Origin: Chiloscyllium plagiosum
Taxonomy: Eukaryota
NCBI RefSeq assembly: GCF_004010195.1
Contig: NC_057739.1
Span: forward strand, 45,741,356 to 45,805,355
Length of the DNA stretch: 64,000 nt
Direction of reading: 5' to 3'
Shown one piece after another: positions 59,480 to 64,000 of this stretch (its first letter is position 1; each line of letters starts with the position of its first letter). A model generated the notes under the pieces. The model saw only the letters and a program-made list of their open reading frames with translations. It did no database searches and had not been told where the DNA came from. The position numbers and the translations under genes were made by a program.

Positions 59480-62220
59480 TATGATAGCTATGTTTGCTGA
59501 TGTTACCAAAGTAGGCAGGAAAGTAAATTGTAAAGAGGTCATAGAGTCTGCAAAGGGATATAAATACGTTCGGAGATCGGGCAAAATTTTACAGGAATTT
59601 GGAAAATGCAAATTTCTGCTTTATATGACAGCATAGAAAGCAGTTACCATTTAAATGGAGAGAGATTGTGGAACGCTGGAACATTAATCAAACACAGTCG
59701 TTACGCAGGTACAGAAAGTGATTAGGAAGACAAATAGAATATTGAGGTTTATTTCAAGATAAGTGAAATATAAATATTGGGATGTTTATTGCAGCTTACA
59801 GGTACAAATCTGGAGTCCTGTGTATTGTTGTGGTCTCTATTTGAAAGGAAAACTGCATTAGAAGATCAGAGAAGATTCACTCCACTCATCACAGAACTAC
59901 CACAGTGCAGAATGAGGACACTCGTCCACTATGTTTGTGTAAACTCTACAACTCAGTATTTGACTTGGTTCCAGTTTTGTGCTTTCTCTCCAGATCCTTG
60001 CTCAATCTAATTCCAACTTGAAAGCATCGATTGATCTTGTCTCCAAAACACTCCCAAGCAGTGCATTCCAGATCCTAAACACATGCTGTGTGGAAAATAT
60101 TTTCCTTATGCCACTTTTACTTCTTTTGTTAACGGCTTTAAAACTCTGCCCTTTTGTTCTTGATCCTTTCACAAATGGTCCTTTCTCCCTTTTTAATCTG
60201 TCAAAAATCAATCAGAGCTCAACTCAGCCTTCTTCAAGGAAAACACTCCTAACCTCCCCAAACTAAATTAAAGAACTGCAGACATTTGAGATCTGAATCA
60301 AAAGCAGAAACTCAGCCGGAATCACAATATCTGTAAGAGAAAGCAGTTAATTGCATGGTGTTCTGATGAAGAGTCACTGGACTTGCAAAGTTAACTCTTT
60401 TTTTTTTCCCCCCACAGATGCTGCCAGACCTGCTGAATTTCTCCAGCAATTTCTAACTTCTTCAATCTCTTCATAATCAAAATTTCTCTTTGGTGGGCCT
60501 ACCTGCAGTTTCTCCATTATCCTCCCAATGTTCCGAAGGTGCAGCACCCAGAACAGAAACAATACTCCAGCTTAGGCTGAATGAATGTCTTATACAAGTT
60601 TAACAGGACCTCAGTGCTCCAGTATTCTATGCTGCTGTTAATGAAAACGAGGTGACTGTATGCTTTATTAACTGCTCTCTCAACCTGTCCTGTTAACTTT
60701 CGCTTTTTTATGCACACGTAAACCCAGTTCTCACCTCCTTCATAATTGTACACTGCTTTTCCCCCCCTCTCTCTCTCCCCATTAGCTTCCTATCAGAATG
60801 TATCACCTAATATTTTTCTGCATTGAACATCATCTATCACTGACCATTCCCTTCCAGGTCAGGCTATGCTCTTTTGAGATTCTACTGTCTTCCTCAAACA
60901 ACCAGCCAATTCCCTTTTGAATGCCTTGATCAGACCTGTCCCTATCACACTCAGGCAGTACATTTCAAACTGTAATTACTCACTGCACGAAAACATTTTC
61001 CTTCATAACATTTATGCTTCCTTTGTCAATTACTTATTACTTTCTGTTTCCTGCCACTCAGCCAATGTTGTATTGATGTTACTACTGCCCCTTTTACTCC
61101 ATGAGCCCTAACTGTGTTCACGTGTCTATTGTGAGGTACTGCTTCAAACACCTTCTGAAAGTCCACATACACCACATCCACAGCATTACCTTCAACCACC
61201 CTCTGTCACTTCATCAAAAATCATTAGTGAGTTAGTTCAACTTTGTTTTCCCTTCAGAAATCAAATCTCCTTTTGTCTATGTGATTATTCATATCTCCCA
61301 AGTTATTGTTTCTAGAAGTTTCCCAAATTGAACTGACTGGTCTGTAGCTGCTTGGCTTATCTTGACACTATTTTTTTTCCTGAGTTTGTAATGTTTTCAA
61401 TTCTCCAGTTCCACGTTACTATCGCCAAGATGAAGGAAGATTGAAAAATCGTTGGTGGCTCTGCAATGTCCATTCTCATTTCCCGCAATAAAATTGGTTG
61501 TATCTCACCGGGTCCTGATACATAGAACAGTACAACATAGCACAGGCCCTTGTTATTGTACCAGCATTTCAGCCTACTCTAAGGTCAAACTAACCTATCT
61601 TCCATGTGTCTATCCAAGAGTCACTTAAATGTCCCTAATTAATCCGACTCTACTACCACCACCACCAGTGCATTCCACACACCCACCACCCTCTGTGTAA
61701 AGAATCTCCCTTTGGCATCTCCCCTAAACCCTCCTCCAATCACCTTAAAATTATCTTATTAACTTTTATCAGCAATCTATCACCTCCTTATCAAATTTAA
61801 GCCTTTCTAGTGACTAAATTTCCTTCACTTTCATAATGTCCTGGGTTGCATCTCCTTCTTCCATAAAGATAAAATATGAATTTAATACCTCAGCCATGCC
61901 CTTGACTCAATGTAAAATTTACCACCTGACTACTTCTGTGCATAGTAAAGACTTTGGGATTGCCTCGATATTAACTGCCTCTCTCATTTGCTTCTCTGAT
62001 TTGATGCTCACTATCCATCTGAGCCTTCTACATTCAGCCTGGTCCTCATCTGTATTTTCTATATGACATGTCACAAGCACACTTTTCCTTTTTAATCTTA
62101 AGTTTTATTCCTTTTGTCATCCAGGAAGCTTTGGATTTGAAAGAATAAGTGTTGACTGTAACCACCTACTTTGTGGCCCATTGTTCAGCTACCGTTTTTC
62201 CTGTCCAACATTTGACAACT
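59480..62220. mobile_element. Patchwork of old CR1-clade LINE fragments
   Basis: MFADVTKVG, IFSTQHVFRIWNAL, LNLYKTFIQPKLEYC peptides. Confidence 0.65.
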
Positions 62221-62254
62221 TTATTTGACCTAGACACCCTGAAGAGGATGAAGT

Positions 62255-62998
62255 AATAGTATCCTTTTACGTAACAGCCCTGTTCACATCCAAATACATC
62301 AACCTGACCCAAAAAAACCCTGATCACACTACTGGAAGAACTAAAGACACAAACACTAGACAGTGCCAACTTCATCAGCAAAATTATCATCAAGCTAATG
62401 GACCTGTGCCTTACCACCCACTTCATATTCATTAACAAGACCTATAAACAAATCAACGGAACACCCATAGGATCACCAATATCAGGACTCCTAACAAAAG
62501 CAGTAATGCAGAGACTGGAAAAAACAGCTCTACCAACTATCCAACCCAAACTTTAGGTCCACCACGTGGATGACACCTTTGTCTTCATCAAATGAAACAA
62601 ATTAGAGGAAATTTACAACACCATCAATAATATCCTCACTGGCATAAAATTCACTAAAGGGGAGGAGAACAACGGCCATTCCTAGAGTCACAGTAGAGCG
62701 AACAATCAATGGGAAACATCAAACCTACTCCTGATGAAAGGCTTTTGCCCAAAATGTCGATTCTCCTACTCCTCAGATGGTTCCTGACCTGATGTGCTTT
62801 TTCAACACCACACCCTCAACTCCAAACTTGTATCTACAGGAAAGCACCACACACGGACCAAATACTGAACTACAGAAGCAGTCATTTCCCCAACACTCAA
62901 TTATTTCAATGAGCCACCACACGCTGCAGGATCGAGGAACTACAGACAGCAGAAGAGAAATACCTATACCGTGTATTCAAGAAGAATGGGTACCCAAC
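62255..62998 (+). mobile_element. Penelope-like RT fragment (family of 20490-23685) with a nested hammerhead-bearing insertion at ~62725-62820
   Basis: DLCLTTHFIFINKTYKQINGTPIGSPISGLL..HVDDTFV; CTGATGA-A-AGGC TTTT GCCC-AAAATGTC. Confidence 0.8.
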
Positions 62999-64000
62999 AC
63001 ATTCCACCCCGACCTTAAATTCACCAGGACCATCTCTGACACCTCCCTCCCCTTCCTGGACCTCTCCATCTCCATTAATGACGACCAACTTGGCACTGGC
63101 ATTTTTTTCTTTACAAACCCACCGTCTCCCACAGCTGCCTGAATTACATGTCTTCCCACCCTACCTCCTGCAAAAATGCCATCCCGTATTCCCAATTTCT
63201 CCGCTGTAACTGCTCCCAGGAGGACCAGGTCCCCCACAGAACACACCAGATGGCCTCCTTCTTTAGAGACAGCAATTTCCCTTCACACGTGATTAAAGAT
63301 GCCCTCCAATGCATCACATCCACATCCTGCACCTCTGCCCTCAAATCCCACCCCTCCAACCGTAACAAGGACAGAACCCCCAGGTGCTCACCTTCCACCC
63401 TACCAACCTTCGCATAAACCACATCATCCGCCGACATTTCCGCCACCTCCAAACAGACCCCACCACCAGGGATATATTTCCCTCCCCACCCCTCTCTGCC
63501 TTCCACAAAGACCGTTCCCTCCGTNNNNNNNNNNNNNNNNNNNNNNNNNNNNNNNNNNNNNNNNNNNNNNNNNNNNNNNNNNNNNNNNNNNNNNNNNNNN
63601 NNNNNNNNNNNNNNNNNNNNNNNNNNNNNNNNNNNNNNNNNNNNNNNNNNNNNNNNNNNNNNNNNNNNNNNNNNNNNNNNNNNNNNNNNNNNNNNNNNNN
63701 NNNNNNNNNNNNNNNNNNNNNNNNNNNNNNNNNNNNNNNNNNNNNNNNNNNNNNNNNNNNNNNNNNNNNNNNNNNNNNNNNNNNNNNNNNNNNNNNNNNN
63801 NNNNNNNNNNNNNNNNNNNNNNNNNNNNNNNNNNNNNNNNNNNNNNTCCTTCCCACCTATCCACTCCACCCTCCCCTCTGACATATCACCTCCATCCCCA
63901 CCCCCACTCACCTATTTTACTCTATGCTACTATCTCCCCACCCCCACTCCTCTCTCATTTATCTCTCCACTCTGCAGGCACCCTGCCTCTATTCCTGATG
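62999..64000 (+). mobile_element. Penelope-like element (family of 18312-18720) with gap 63525-63846; hammerhead truncated at the window end
   Basis: FHPDLKFTRTISDTSLPFLDL, SSHPTSCKNAIPYSQFLR; the window ends in ATTCCTGATG (start of a hammerhead core). Confidence 0.85.

Overview
Vertebrate genomic DNA. The repeat content (V-SINE/HE1-like SINEs, CR1 LINEs, Penelope-like elements, Deu-domain SINEs) points to a cartilaginous fish, probably a shark; this is an inference. Four spliced protein-coding genes can be reconstructed by hand with GT-AG sites and consistent phases. (1) A complete 10-exon SLC2A6/GLUT6-like sugar transporter (+, 1788-24147, 501 aa). (2) CACFD1/Flower (-, exons 2-5 at 33445-29343). 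(3) PIERCE1/C9orf116 (+, exons 2-3 at 40799-42802). (4) The 3' part of MED22/SURF5 (-), with both the short (..YYSSRYK) and long (..DLPLCEAY..) C-terminal isoforms. The first coding exons of CACFD1 and PIERCE1 are not visible and probably lie head-to-head in the 500-N gap at 35633-36132. Introns and intergenic DNA are packed with retroelements. The most notable non-coding signal is a dense set of minimal hammerhead-ribozyme motifs in at least four sequence families of Penelope-like elements and their short, TSD-flanked derivatives. Also notable are 33-bp minisatellites that appear to have expanded repeatedly inside Deu-domain SINE copies. Gene identities rest on recalled human protein sequences, not on database searches.
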